Assembly (NCBI GenBank): GCA_965223845.1 | Contig: CBDCXR010000004.1 | Span: forward strand, 3,392,001-3,456,000 | From: Planctomycetota bacterium | GTDB taxonomy: Bacteria > Planctomycetota > UBA8108 > SXIK01 | Length of the DNA stretch: 64,000 nt | Reading direction: 5' to 3' | Part shown: positions 29,811 to 40,439 of the stretch, piece by piece | Numbering within the stretch: position 1 is the stretch's first letter | Layout of the letters: the number at the start of each line of letters is the position of its first letter | The notes under the pieces: model-generated | What the model was told of the DNA's origin: nothing | What the model saw: the letters and a program-made list of their open reading frames with translations, nothing else | Database searches by the model: none | Translations under genes and position numbers: made by a program

Positions 29811-30167
29811 TCAAGTCCGCACGTTCGAGCGACGCTTCTCGAGCAGCGCGTCGACGTGCCGTGCGGTCGTCAGCACGATCTCGATCTCCCGCTCGTACGG
29901 GGGGCCGAAGAGCTGCGGATTCGCTTCGATGAAGATTCCGTTCAGCGGATCGTCGACGAGGACGACGCATCGCCGCTTCGTGACGACGAGCGGAACGCAC
30001 CGCTTGGTGAGGGCGAGCGAGAGGGGGACGCGACGCAGAGTTCCGTTCGAGACCGCGATCGCGTCGGGATCCACGAAACGCCACCCGAACGCGGCCGCCG
30101 CCGTGCCGTGCACCATCGTCGGCAGTGATTCTTCGAGGGGAGAATGGGGCAAACAAGGTGAGCTCAT
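29811..30167 (-). CDS. Stand-alone GspE/PilB N-terminal (T2SSE_N) domain-like protein
   Basis: FVDP...RRVPLSLA...CVPL...VLVDDPLN...EIEIVLTT. Confidence 0.6.
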   Translation of the reverse strand: MSSPCLPHSPLEESLPTMVHGTAAAAFGWRFVDPDAIAVSNGTLRRVPLSLALTKRCVPLVVTKRRCVVLVDDPLNGIFIEANPQLFGPPYEREIEIVLTTARHVDALLEKRRSNVRT

Positions 30168-30188
30168 CGGTTATCCGTCGCTGTTCGT

Positions 30189-31775
30189 TCAGCTTAGACC
30201 GTACTTCTTCATTCGGCGGTAGAGCGACTTGCGTGTGATCTGAAGCTGCTGCGCCGCGCGCGACTTGTTTCCCCCCGCAGCTTGGAGCGCCGCCGCAACG
30301 ACTCGCCGTTCGGCCGCGCTGACCGCGCCGTCGAGCGTCAATTCGCCGTCTCGCTCGCCGACGGCAGACCGTAGGACGAGGCTCTCCGGCGCAATCGGAT
30401 CCACGCCCAGCGCGACGAGCCGGCGCACTTCGTTCTCGAGCTCGCGCACATTTCCCGGCCAGTCGTGACGAACGAGAGCGAGCCAAGCTTCGCGTGTGAT
30501 CCGCGGGGCTTCCCGCCCGAGCGACGCGCTCTCTCGTCGCAAGAAGAACTCGCCCAGAGCGCGGATATCCTCGCGTCGGTCGCGGAGCGGCGGGATCTCG
30601 AACTCGATCCCCTTCAGCCGGTAGTAGAGATCCCGACGGAAGCTCCCGAGCTCGACGAGATCGGAGAGATGGCGACGCGCGACACTGACGACCCGAACGT
30701 CGACGCGAACGGCGTCCTTGGCTCCGATCGGCCGCACTAGCCCGTGCTCGAGGACTCGGAGAACCTTCGTCTGAAACTCAGGGCCTGCATCGCCCACGCC
30801 GTCGAGCACGACGGTTCCGCCGTCCGCCTGCGTGACGACTCCGACGCGATCGGCGTCCGCGCCGGTGAACGCACCGCGAACGTGACCGAAGAGCTCGGAC
30901 TCGACGAGCGTGTCGGGAATCGACGCGCACTGAACGGTTGCGAACGCACCGCTCGACCGAGCGGAGGAAGCGTGCACCCCGCGCGCGAGAAGCGATTTCC
31001 CGGTCCCGGTCTCCCCGTGGAGAACGACCGGAAGATCGGACTCTGCGACGCGACGCAGTGTCTCGAACGCGTCGCGCAGATCGGGATTTGCCGAGACGAA
31101 GCCGTGAAAGTCCTCCGTCTCGGCGGGACGGAGGTACTGTTCGAGGTCGCGCGCGACCGGTGACTCCTCGCTGGCACTCGTCGTCTCGCGACTCATGTCG
31201 GCCGCACGCCCGTCGTTTCTCCTCACGACGAGAAGCTCGAACGCGGTCCTCCACAGCGCGAGAAGGTCGTCCGGCGCGAGCGTCACCGTTTGAAAACGAT
31301 GGTCGACGTACACTCCGCCGTAGAGCTCACCGCGGTAGCGGATGGGAAGGACGAGGATCGACCTCGCTGGGCGCTTCCCGTCGAGCGATTCTTCCGCTCG
31401 GTATCGGCGATCGGAGCGCGCCTCCGAAACGAACAGCGGCTCCCCCGCCGTCATGGCGCGTTTGATGGCGTAGTGGCTCACGCGCGAGGCGGGTGCGGGA
31501 AGCGGCTCACCGTCGCGGTACGCCGCCGCCAAGACTTCGAATCCTCCGGACTCGCGCAGACGAAAGAGCGCGACGCGCTCCCCTCCGAGTTGCTCGGCAA
31601 TCGCTTGAAGCACACACCGCGTGGCGGTCGCCCCCGTTCCTCGTGTCGCGATCGTTTCGAGAGCCCGCGCGAGCCTTCGAAGCGCGAGCGCGCCGTCCGG
31701 CCCCGACTCGGCCGCGACGGAAGCATGCTCGTCGCGGTGCGAGCTCGGCACGGAGACCCCTTCTCGATCGCTCAT
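30189..31775 (-). CDS. GAF-domain sigma54 enhancer-binding protein (Fis HTH) with degenerate Walker B
   Basis: GETGTGKS, GAFTGA, FRRDLYYRL, WPGNVRELEN, GNKSRAA; Walker B reads VVLDGVG. Confidence 0.88.
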   Translation of the reverse strand: MSDREGVSVPSSHRDEHASVAAESGPDGALALRRLARALETIATRGTGATATRCVLQAIAEQLGGERVALFRLRESGGFEVLAAAYRDGEPLPAPASRVSHYAIKRAMTAGEPLFVSEARSDRRYRAEESLDGKRPARSILVLPIRYRGELYGGVYVDHRFQTVTLAPDDLLALWRTAFELLVVRRNDGRAADMSRETTSASEESPVARDLEQYLRPAETEDFHGFVSANPDLRDAFETLRRVAESDLPVVLHGETGTGKSLLARGVHASSARSSGAFATVQCASIPDTLVESELFGHVRGAFTGADADRVGVVTQADGGTVVLDGVGDAGPEFQTKVLRVLEHGLVRPIGAKDAVRVDVRVVSVARRHLSDLVELGSFRRDLYYRLKGIEFEIPPLRDRREDIRALGEFFLRRESASLGREAPRITREAWLALVRHDWPGNVRELENEVRRLVALGVDPIAPESLVLRSAVGERDGELTLDGAVSAAERRVVAAALQAAGGNKSRAAQQLQITRKSLYRRMKKYGLS

Positions 31776-32219
31776 CGCGCACCCCTGGCTTCATTTCTCG
31801 CGTGAACCGCCGTCGACGTCGCACCGAACCGGAGGGAGATCGAGACCCGATGCTGCGCGCGAAGTGAACGCCACTCTGAGACGGCAAAGCGGCGATGGCG
31901 CCGTGACGACAAGCCCGGTATTCGATTGTACCAGCTGTCGTAGCCCATCGACTTCGCTCGCCCGCCCCACTTTGAGAAACGAAAACCGTGCCGAATCCGC
32001 GGGCGACTGGCGCGGAGTCGCCGCAGGTTGGGGAGAAATCTGGGCTCTTCCCCGGCATGCATCGCCCGAGGCGCCTTCGCCCGGGCGAGCGCGGAGGGCG
32101 TCCGGGTCTTCGACGAAGGCGTTTCGTCAGCACCGCCTTCTACGAGCGAGCAGGGACTCGAGGGTCGTTCGCGCCGCTCGAGCCGGCGCGGTGCCGCCGT
32201 AGGAGCGAAGGACCAGTGA

Positions 32220-33053
32220 TCAGCTCCCGTCGCCCTCTCCGATGATTTTGCGGGTGAGAGTTCGGATGAAGTTGTGCTGGGGCGAGCGGAGCAGTCGAAT
32301 CCGTCGACCCGAATCCGCTACGGTGACCGACTGCGCCCGAATCGACGAAAGACCGTCGGCGACGACGCGCATCGGTCGCTTGTCGGGGTCGTCGGAACGT
32401 ATCTCGATCTTCGCGGCGATCGGGACGACCAGCGGGAACTGTACCGACGTGAACGGCGCCGCTCGGTGCGGGTAGAGCGGGGTGAGGAGAATCGCTTCGA
32501 TTCCGGGATGGACGACCGGTCCGCGCGCCGCGAGGTTGTACGCGGTAGACCCAGCGGGACTCGCGAGCACGAAGCCGTCCCCGGCGTAGTTGTTGAACGG
32601 CTCGCCGTCGACCGAGACCGTGAGCCGAATGCTCTGGCGGCTCATGCGCTCGACGACGAAATCGTTGAAGGCGAGGAGGCGCGCGCCGGCGGACTCGTCG
32701 GTCTCCACACGAGCTTCGAGCACGGCGTGCTCGTCGACTCGGCAGCGACCACCGGCGAGAAGCTCCGGCACGGATTCGAGCGTGTTCCGCGCGTTCATCA
32801 AGAACCCGACCGATCCAAAATTGACGCCGAAGATCGGAGTCGGCGGGTACTCGAGCGAGCTCAGCGCCTCCATGAGAAAGCCATCGCCGCCGAGGACGAC
32901 GACGGACTCGACATCGTCTGCGAACGATTCGACGGCGGTGTCGACGCGAGACGCGACGGTCGCGAGATCCCGGGCGAGGCGTTCGCCGGCTTCCGCGCAC
33001 GGCCGGTTCGTCGGATCGGCCAAAACCATCACGGCACCGATCGAAGCGCTCAT
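32220..33053 (-). CDS. nadK: NAD(+) kinase
   Basis: VVLGGDG, GVNFGSVGFL, AFND, GDGFVLASPAGSTAYNLAA; ATGA-coupled to the upstream MTase. Confidence 0.88.
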   Translation of the reverse strand: MSASIGAVMVLADPTNRPCAEAGERLARDLATVASRVDTAVESFADDVESVVVLGGDGFLMEALSSLEYPPTPIFGVNFGSVGFLMNARNTLESVPELLAGGRCRVDEHAVLEARVETDESAGARLLAFNDFVVERMSRQSIRLTVSVDGEPFNNYAGDGFVLASPAGSTAYNLAARGPVVHPGIEAILLTPLYPHRAAPFTSVQFPLVVPIAAKIEIRSDDPDKRPMRVVADGLSSIRAQSVTVADSGRRIRLLRSPQHNFIRTLTRKIIGEGDGS

Positions 33054-34390
33054 CGGGCGATTCGCGAAGGTTCGCGCCGACGCTCGCTTCGCTGCACTCG
33101 CGATGCGAAGAACAGCCACTCGCACAGCTCGTCGCGGCCGCGGCCGGGGAGGACTCGGTACGCACGCGAGCCCTTGGCAGCGCCGCTACTCACATCGTTC
33201 CGGTCGGAGTCGCTGCGGAAGCGGCGGTACGGGATCTCTCGAAGCTGAGAGTCGAAATCGAATCGCGTCGCGCCGGAGAAGCGCGCGAGGATCGCTCCGA
33301 TCTCTTCCTTCGAGAGGAGTCCCTCTTCGCTGTAGCTGACGAGGACGTGAGACACGCGCGCGGAGTGGACGAGCTCCGACATCGCCGAATACACGTTGTC
33401 GACGGGAGCTCGGCGCGACGGACGAACGCAGAACCGCGACCGCAGCTCCGCGTACGGACGGAGGCCGGTCTTTCCGTAGAGGCGCGACTCGAACTCGGTG
33501 AGGTTCTCGATCTCGTGGTATTCCGCGATGATCTGAAGGACGTGGTAGTTCGCCGCGTACTGCCGCTGGTTGTACGGTGGATCGATGTAGAGCACGTCGC
33601 CGCGGATACGCCGGATGAGACTCTGCGCGTCCTCTTGGTACGCGCGATGCCGGAGCTCGCTCGAGATCACATCCGGTACTTGAAGGCGAATCGGCGACCG
33701 CGCGTTCGCCTGGAATGCCTTCAGATACGCGCCGTACGTACCGGAGATGTTCGCGACACGGTCGACCGCGTCGAGGAGCGACCGAAGGAGGAGATAGAAC
33801 TCTGCGCGATTCAGGCAGCGATCGCGGTAGGCGTTTCGCAGACACTCGAGGATCGCGTCGATGCGGCGGCCGTTGGCGTCGGTGAAGTAGCGCCGTCCCG
33901 CTTCGCCTCCCGGACAAAACGCGCGGAAGATCAATCCCTCGCGCGGCTCGAGACACTGGTTCAGATAGTGGATCACCTCAGCGAGGTGAAGCGCCGCCTC
34001 CGATCGCCGCGGGCTCGAGCCGGGTTCGGCGGCGCGGGAGGGATCCTCTTCGTTCGCGCCGCCGGCGTCGCCGAACGGCAAGGTCGCCTGGTACTCCCGC
34101 GCAGCGGCGAAACTCTCGCGGAACTCAGCGGATGCGAGGACGCCGGCGATCGCGGCGCGGAATCGGCGGAACGACGGATACCGATTCACCTCGATGCGCG
34201 CGACGGCCTGCGCGTAGCAGTTGGCGAGTTGATCGTTCGCGATGACGCGCATCCCGCGCTCCTTGCAGCGCGCGCCCACGCTCGAGGTTCCGGCGAAGAT
34301 GTCGATGAGAGTTCCCGAGAGCACACCCTCGTCTCGGAGAAACGCCTCGATCTCGTCGAGGAGCCTCGTCTTGTTCCCGATCAGTCGCAC
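33050..34390 (-). CDS. N6-adenine DNA methyltransferase (D12/FokI-like), apparently orphan
   Basis: IGNKTRL, DIFAGTSSVG, ANISGTYGAYLK, YIDPPYN. Confidence 0.9.
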   Translation of the reverse strand: MRLIGNKTRLLDEIEAFLRDEGVLSGTLIDIFAGTSSVGARCKERGMRVIANDQLANCYAQAVARIEVNRYPSFRRFRAAIAGVLASAEFRESFAAAREYQATLPFGDAGGANEEDPSRAAEPGSSPRRSEAALHLAEVIHYLNQCLEPREGLIFRAFCPGGEAGRRYFTDANGRRIDAILECLRNAYRDRCLNRAEFYLLLRSLLDAVDRVANISGTYGAYLKAFQANARSPIRLQVPDVISSELRHRAYQEDAQSLIRRIRGDVLYIDPPYNQRQYAANYHVLQIIAEYHEIENLTEFESRLYGKTGLRPYAELRSRFCVRPSRRAPVDNVYSAMSELVHSARVSHVLVSYSEEGLLSKEEIGAILARFSGATRFDFDSQLREIPYRRFRSDSDRNDVSSGAAKGSRAYRVLPGRGRDELCEWLFFASRVQRSERRREPSRIAR

Positions 34391-34461
34391 CGTACCAGCT
34401 CCCGCGTCTCGCGTGCCGCGCTTCCGCCCGGCCGGTCAGGGTAGCAAAACGGCGCGACCAA

Positions 34462-34905
34462 TCATACGAGGCCGGCGAGAATCGCGCCGTGGTAGCACGT
34501 GAGCAAAATGTATCCCACCGCGATGGCGTGAAGAGCCGCCAGGGCCACGCGAAAGTTCTGGTGGACGGCGAGGAACACCGTCCCGAGCACCGTGAGGAGG
34601 CCCTTCGTGAAGAGAAAGGCCGCGGTGCCGTTCAGCAGCGCGAGGTTCATGAGCGGATTCGCTTCGCCGTGCCCCCCGGCCACGTGAAGGAGGGTCAGCG
34701 CGGCGTCCGTCGTCGAGAGACCAAGGATGAGGATCGTGAGGAGAAGGATGCGAACGGAGAGCCGATCGACGTAGGCGCCCTCGCCCTCGCCGCTTCTTCG
34801 GTGACGACATCTCCGGCCGCGTGGATTGAGGACGGCGAGCATAGAGGTCGGCTCCGCGCGGCGGTCCGGCACCTCGCGGCGTTCGACGAAGGGAGCGGTG
34901 GTCAT
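34462..34905 (-). CDS. DUF5658-family membrane protein
   Basis: TDAALTL...GEANPLM...K motif; Arg-rich ERR/DRR N-terminus. Confidence 0.75.
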   Translation of the reverse strand: MTTAPFVERREVPDRRAEPTSMLAVLNPRGRRCRHRRSGEGEGAYVDRLSVRILLLTILILGLSTTDAALTLLHVAGGHGEANPLMNLALLNGTAAFLFTKGLLTVLGTVFLAVHQNFRVALAALHAIAVGYILLTCYHGAILAGLV

Positions 34906-35048
34906 ACCCGAGGGGAATCAAACCACACGCCACAGCGCGAACTCGTCTCACAACTTAGGGGTTTCGAACGTCTTAGGACGCAAGCCGGAGGCGTGGTGGC
35001 CGAGTGGAAAGTCGTCCACGTCCTGGACAATTCGAGCGGGAGTCCCCG

Positions 35049-35996
35049 CTAGTCTCCGACAGCCACCGCGAAGGCGGAGATGTCGCCGAGATCGGGCCAG
35101 AGCTCGGACGGAACAACCTCGAGGTCGCGCGCGAACTCGGGCCAGACGCGTCGCTCGAGGCTCGCACGCAGTGGCTCAAGGAGAATGTCGCCCGCGGCCG
35201 CGGCGATCGTGCCGAGAACGATGCGGTCGACGTTCAAGATGAACGCGAGCTGAGCGAGACCTCTCGCTAGGAAATCGGCGGTCTCGGCGAGGAAGTCGAT
35301 GCTGAAGGCGTCGCCCCCTTTCGCCGCGCGGACGAGCTCGCGCGCGTTCCGGGGCGGGGACGGATTCTCGTCGAACGCCGCTTCGAGTCGCTGGACGATT
35401 CCCGCGCCGGACGCGTACGCTTCGAGGCAGCCGCGCTGACCGCAACCGCAGGGTAGCCCGTCTGGCACGATCTCGACGTGACCGACCTCGCCGGCGAGAT
35501 TGCGCGCGCCCCGATAGAGTCGACCGCCCAAGACGAGTCCAGCCCCGATCCCCGTCGAGAACGTGAGGAACGCGAGGTGATCGCTGCCGCGTCCCGCACC
35601 GTAGCGCCACTCGGCGAGCGCGCAGGCGTTGGCGTCGTTCTCGACGTGGACCGGCACGCCGAATGCGCCGGCAAACTCCGACGCGATGGGGACGTCCTCC
35701 CAACCCGGCGAGTTCGGAACCGAGAGCAGCGTCCCGGTCTCGACGTCGACCGGTCCGCCCGCGCTCACCCCGATCGCGGCGAGCTCCGCGCCGCCTCCGT
35801 CCGCTCGAGAATCGCGAAGGAGCGTGCGAGCGCACTCGAACATGCGCGGGAGCGCGGTCTCGGGCATCAGCCCAGCCGAAGTCCACGGAGCCGCCTGCGC
35901 GACGCGGACCGGACGGCCGCCGTCAGCACGCGACCAGAGACTCACGGCCGTCTTCGTGCTGCCGTGATCGATTCCGAGGTAAACGGTTTCTGTCAT
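35049..35996 (-). CDS. ROK family sugar kinase
   Basis: GIDHGSTK, ENDANACALAE, STGIGAG, AGEVGH, CGCGQRGCLE. Confidence 0.92.
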   Translation of the reverse strand: MTETVYLGIDHGSTKTAVSLWSRADGGRPVRVAQAAPWTSAGLMPETALPRMFECARTLLRDSRADGGGAELAAIGVSAGGPVDVETGTLLSVPNSPGWEDVPIASEFAGAFGVPVHVENDANACALAEWRYGAGRGSDHLAFLTFSTGIGAGLVLGGRLYRGARNLAGEVGHVEIVPDGLPCGCGQRGCLEAYASGAGIVQRLEAAFDENPSPPRNARELVRAAKGGDAFSIDFLAETADFLARGLAQLAFILNVDRIVLGTIAAAAGDILLEPLRASLERRVWPEFARDLEVVPSELWPDLGDISAFAVAVGD

Positions 35997-36282
35997 CGCA
36001 GGCGTCGGTCCGTGCCGGCCTCTTCGTCCCGAGTTCCCCGTACGCAGCCGCCCGCAAGATGGTCTCGGAGATGACATCGCGGCGGCAAACCAGAGATAGA
36101 GATACGCGATCCATCACGACGTGTCCAATCGTCGCGCGAGCTCCACCGCGTGAATCCTCGTCGGGCGAACTTCTCGCTGGAGCGAGGATCGAGCGACCAG
36201 TACGCTCAACACTTTGCCGGACGCAAGCTCCGGCCATCGCAACGCGAGAGAGATTCTTCGTCGCCGAGGCCCGCGCCGATTC

Positions 36283-38037
36283 ATGACTCGATCGATGGTC
36301 CGCCGCGCTCTGCTCGTCGCCGCCCTAATCGCCCCGGCGTCGAGTTTCGCGATTCTCGCTTCACGCCCGGCGAACGCCTCGTCGACCACCGACGTGATGG
36401 TCGAGGCACGCGACGGCGCCGAGCTCGCGACGACCGTCTACGTCCCGGACGGCGAGGGCCCGTGGCCGTGCGTCGTGTCACGAACGCCGTACGGGAAGAA
36501 GGGGCTCCGCGGAGTCGGCGAGAGCTTCGTGCGGCGCGGGTTCGCGTTCGTCGCGCAGGACTGCCGCGGCCGACACGATTCCCCGGGACGTTGGCTGCCG
36601 TTCAAGACCGATCCCGAGGACGGGTACGACACGGTCGAGTGGGCCGCGAAGCAACCGTGGTCGAACGGCAGGATCGGCCTCTACGGCGGCTCCGCTCTCG
36701 GCATGACGGCCCAGCTCGCGGCAACTCAGGCGCCGCCGAGCCTCGTCTGCGCCTACGTCGTCGTCGCCCCGGCGAGCGCACGTCGCCACACCGTGTACGC
36801 GGGCGGAGTCTACCGCAAGGAGCTCAACGACGGCTGGCTCGCTTCTCAGGGAGCACTGTACGCGATCCGCGACAACGTCGCCCATCCGCCGGGAGACTCC
36901 TACTGGAACTGGCGCGAGATTCCGGACTTCCACGCGCGGATGAACATCCCGGTTTGCCAAGTCGGAGGTTGGTTCGACATTTTCTCCGAAGGGGCGATCG
37001 AGAATTTCTCCGGCCTCCAGCGACTCGGTGCGGGGCGGGCGGCCGGAAATCAACGTCTCGTGATGGGCCCGTGGGCGCACGGCCCGTTGAACGGCCGGCT
37101 CAAGTTTCCGAACGACGACCGCGTCGGCGATTTCCTTGCCGGCAAAGAGGTCTACCGCTGGTTTAGCCACTGGTTGAAGGGCGAGGACACCGGCCTCGCC
37201 GCCGAGGATTCCGTCGAGTACTACATGCTCGGCGACCCCGATCGACCCGCTCCGGGAAGCTGCGAGTGGCGTACTTCTCCGTCCTGGCCGCCGCCGTCTC
37301 GGCCGACGTCGTTCTTCCTCTGGCCGAAGGGACGCCTCGCGAGAGACGTCCCGCCGGAGGACGGCGGGAGCATCGTCTATCGCTACGATCCGAACCATCC
37401 GGTACCGACAGCGGGCGGAGGAAACTTGATCCTCGGCCGGAAGGGACCGGTCGATCAACGCGAGATCAAGGATCGCGAGGACTACTTCCGCTTTCATTCG
37501 GAACCGCTTGCGACCCCGATCGAGATTGCTGGCGCGGTGTACGTCGACCTCTTCGTCGAATCGGACGCGCCGGATACCGACTTCGTCGCGAAGCTCGTCG
37601 ACGTCTATCCGGACGGATACGAGGCATTGATTCTCGACGGCATCATCCGTGCGAGGTACCGGGCCGGCCTCGAGACGGAAACGCCGCTCCGCCCGGGTGA
37701 AGTCACCGCGGTCCGTATCCACCTCTGGTCGACGGCGATCTCGTTCGCGGCGGGCCATCGCATCGGCGTGCACATCTCGAGCAGCAACGATCCGCGCTTT
37801 GATCCGAACCCGAACACCGGCGCGCCGCTCCGCCGAGGCGACCAAAAGCGCGTCGCGACGAATCGAGTGCATCATTCGGCGGCTCGGCCGTCACGCATCC
37901 TCCTTCCGGTGCTCGCGTCTACGGCTTCCCGCGAGAAGAAGCCACCGCCCAGCGACGCCGGCGAGACCGCGGCGGCGAGCACAGCTGAGGACGGCGACGC
38001 AGAATCTCCTTCGCCGACGGCCGCGGACTCCGAGTGA
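36283..38037 (+). CDS. Secreted CocE/NonD family serine hydrolase
   Basis: RTPYGK, QDCRGR, GGSALG, GGWFD, GPWAH, SSNDPRFDPNPNTG. Confidence 0.92.
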   Translation: MTRSMVRRALLVAALIAPASSFAILASRPANASSTTDVMVEARDGAELATTVYVPDGEGPWPCVVSRTPYGKKGLRGVGESFVRRGFAFVAQDCRGRHDSPGRWLPFKTDPEDGYDTVEWAAKQPWSNGRIGLYGGSALGMTAQLAATQAPPSLVCAYVVVAPASARRHTVYAGGVYRKELNDGWLASQGALYAIRDNVAHPPGDSYWNWREIPDFHARMNIPVCQVGGWFDIFSEGAIENFSGLQRLGAGRAAGNQRLVMGPWAHGPLNGRLKFPNDDRVGDFLAGKEVYRWFSHWLKGEDTGLAAEDSVEYYMLGDPDRPAPGSCEWRTSPSWPPPSRPTSFFLWPKGRLARDVPPEDGGSIVYRYDPNHPVPTAGGGNLILGRKGPVDQREIKDREDYFRFHSEPLATPIEIAGAVYVDLFVESDAPDTDFVAKLVDVYPDGYEALILDGIIRARYRAGLETETPLRPGEVTAVRIHLWSTAISFAAGHRIGVHISSSNDPRFDPNPNTGAPLRRGDQKRVATNRVHHSAARPSRILLPVLASTASREKKPPPSDAGETAAASTAEDGDAESPSPTAADSE

Positions 38038-38109
38038 CTCGAGTCGACCGCAGGCGACGAGAGCCGATCCAACCACCGCGCCCGCTCGGCGCTCACGACG
38101 GAACCCCTC

Positions 38110-39042
38110 ATGACCACCACGCTCGTTACCGGCGGCGCCGGATTCCTCGGCAGCCACCTCTGTGAACGCCTGCTCGATCGCGACGAAGACGTTCTCTGCG
38201 CCGACAACTTCTTCACCGGACGCCGGCGAAACGTCGCGCATCTCAGCGGACACCCGCGCTTCGAGCTCCTTCGTCACGACATCGTTCAGCCGCTCGTGGT
38301 CGAAGTCGACCGCATCTACAACCTCGCCTGCCCGGCCTCGCCCATCCATTACCAGTTCAATCCGATCAAGACGATCAAGTGCTCGACGGTCGGGATGGTG
38401 AACATGCTCGGCCTCGCGCAGCGCACGCGCGCGCGGATCCTGCAGGCATCCACCTCGGAGATCTACGGCGACCCGGAGATTCATCCGCAGGAGGAGTCAT
38501 ACTGGGGAAACGTCAACCCGATCGGCCCGAGAAGCTGTTACGACGAAGGGAAGCGCGTCGCCGAGACGCTCTGCATGGACTACCACCGGAGCAACGGCGT
38601 CGACGTGAGGATCATCCGAATCTTCAACACGTACGGACCTCGCATGGATCCCGAGGACGGTCGCGTCGTGTCGAACTTCATCGTCCAGGCGCTGCGCGGA
38701 GATGACATCACCGTCTACGGCGGAGGCGCACAGACGCGGTCGTTCTGCTACGTCGATGATCTCGTCGAGGGCATGATCCGCCTCATGGATCAGAACGACC
38801 ACATCGGTCCGGTGAACGTCGGGAATCCACACGAGATCACGATCCGCGAGCTCGCCGAGACGATCATCGAGCTGACGGGTTCTTCGTCGCAGATCGTCGA
38901 CGAGCCGCTTCCGAGCGACGATCCCCGCCAGCGAAAACCGGACATCAAGCTCGCCCGCTCGCTCCTCGAGTGGGAGCCGACGACGTCGCTCCGAGACGGT
39001 CTCGAGAAGACGATCGCCTTCTTCAAGGATCTGCTCGGCTAG
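38110..39042 (+). CDS. UDP-glucuronate decarboxylase (UDP-xylose synthase)
   Basis: [42 protein letters not shown]. Confidence 0.95.
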   Translation: MTTTLVTGGAGFLGSHLCERLLDRDEDVLCADNFFTGRRRNVAHLSGHPRFELLRHDIVQPLVVEVDRIYNLACPASPIHYQFNPIKTIKCSTVGMVNMLGLAQRTRARILQASTSEIYGDPEIHPQEESYWGNVNPIGPRSCYDEGKRVAETLCMDYHRSNGVDVRIIRIFNTYGPRMDPEDGRVVSNFIVQALRGDDITVYGGGAQTRSFCYVDDLVEGMIRLMDQNDHIGPVNVGNPHEITIRELAETIIELTGSSSQIVDEPLPSDDPRQRKPDIKLARSLLEWEPTTSLRDGLEKTIAFFKDLLG

Positions 39043-39481
39043 CCGGCAGCCCTCGGTTCGTCGTCTCCCGATTCGATCTGCGCCCGCCCCGCGCGAGAGA
39101 TCGCGACTCGGTCGGAGTCGTCGGTCCGCTTCGCTTCTCCTCAGCGTGGCAACACGTCGGCGGCGAACCGCCGAGTCTCCCCGCGCGTGGGCTTCCTTCG
39201 GACGGTTGTTCGCCCGAGTTCAGAAGTCGCTAAGAAAGCTGACGTCGCCGGAGCTTGCCCGTCGGAAGTAGGGACAGGCATGAAGTGGTTCCGCCGTACC
39301 CGCGCACGCCGATCGAGCCTCGGGCGTCTCGAGCCGCTCCGTGCCGATTCCGTATTCAACCGCCGGCCAAAAGCGCACGCTCGCGCCGGTGTCCTTCGAG
39401 CGAATCCGTCCGCGCGCATCAGCGCGGGGATCGCGCGGCGTCGAGAGCGGAAAGCCGATCGCTCAGGTCAAAGGAGGCAAC

Positions 39482-40228
39482 ATGCGACGCACCCTCTACG
39501 CAATCTCAGGTCTCTCTTGCGCAGCCGTCCTCGCGTTCCAGTGGTCGCTCGGAATTCCGGCGAGCGCCCAAAACGCGGATTCGGAGCCGTCCGGAAACGG
39601 GGACACCAACGGGAACGGCGCGATCGAGATCGGCGACGCCATCTATCTGCTCAATTGGCTCTTCAGCGACGGACCGGCTCCCGTGCCGATCGTGTGCGAT
39701 GGATCCGGAGAGGCTCCTGCGGCGGAACAGGCCGTGCGCTTGCGGCAACAAGCGGCCTCGGAGCTCAAGCTCGACGCCGTGCGAGCTGGGCAGACGTTCG
39801 ACGAGAAGAACGTCGACATCGTGTTGTTGCCCGGTGGTGGATACGTCGCGCACGCCCTCGTGCGTCCGCTCTCCGACATTCAACCTAAGGAGCTCGCTCA
39901 AGGGCTCCGCGTCGGGATCATTCGTGTCGAGCGACCGACGGCGGCCCGGGGGCTGCCTTCGGGGTTTTACGTCCACTGGATGAAGTTCGATCTCGCCGGA
40001 TTCGAGCGGGGAGATCGAGAGGCGTTCGTAAACGAGATGATCGACGCGTCGGGCAAGCGGCTCACGGTTCCGGATCACGCGGTACGGATCCCCGGCGATC
40101 ACCCGGCCAGCACCGGGGGGGCGCGTCAGACGCTCACGGCAGATCGCACTCGCGCCGCCGCAAAGAAGTACGTGTCGTGTCCCGATATCGACGAGCTCGC
40201 CTTGTGGTGCTTCGAAGTCACGATTTAG
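39482..40228 (+). CDS. Secreted protein with N-terminal single dockerin-like repeat
   Basis: AGGAGG RBS; signal peptide; GNGDTNGNGAIEIGDAIYLLNWLFSDGPAP. Confidence 0.75.
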   Translation: MRRTLYAISGLSCAAVLAFQWSLGIPASAQNADSEPSGNGDTNGNGAIEIGDAIYLLNWLFSDGPAPVPIVCDGSGEAPAAEQAVRLRQQAASELKLDAVRAGQTFDEKNVDIVLLPGGGYVAHALVRPLSDIQPKELAQGLRVGIIRVERPTAARGLPSGFYVHWMKFDLAGFERGDREAFVNEMIDASGKRLTVPDHAVRIPGDHPASTGGARQTLTADRTRAAAKKYVSCPDIDELALWCFEVTI

Positions 40229-40439
40229 CTTCGACGGGAGCCAAGGGGGGCCGACAAAGCCTGCGCGCGTCGACGATCGCGCCGCTTGGCGTTCGCGAGA
40301 GCGCGCGCGTCCGCATCGAAAACGGGCCGCGAAGCCCGCGCACCCTGAACGCGCGATCGTCGAGGTGAGTCGTCGATCGCACGGAGAGCGCTCGAGCTCC
40401 GCGACCCGAGCTTGAAACTTCGCGGAGGCGTGAGCCGAA

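Noticed and set aside
31772-32062. Small ORF and weak -24/-12 motif upstream of the first bEBP
   Set aside because: Arg-rich shadow-like composition, no RBS, and a non-canonical -12 element (TCGT).
36080-36260. c-di-GMP-I riboswitch (GGCAAAC and GACGCAAGCTCCGGCC seen)
   Set aside because: The motifs are about 130 nt apart, without the GAAA-capped P2 stem that should join them.
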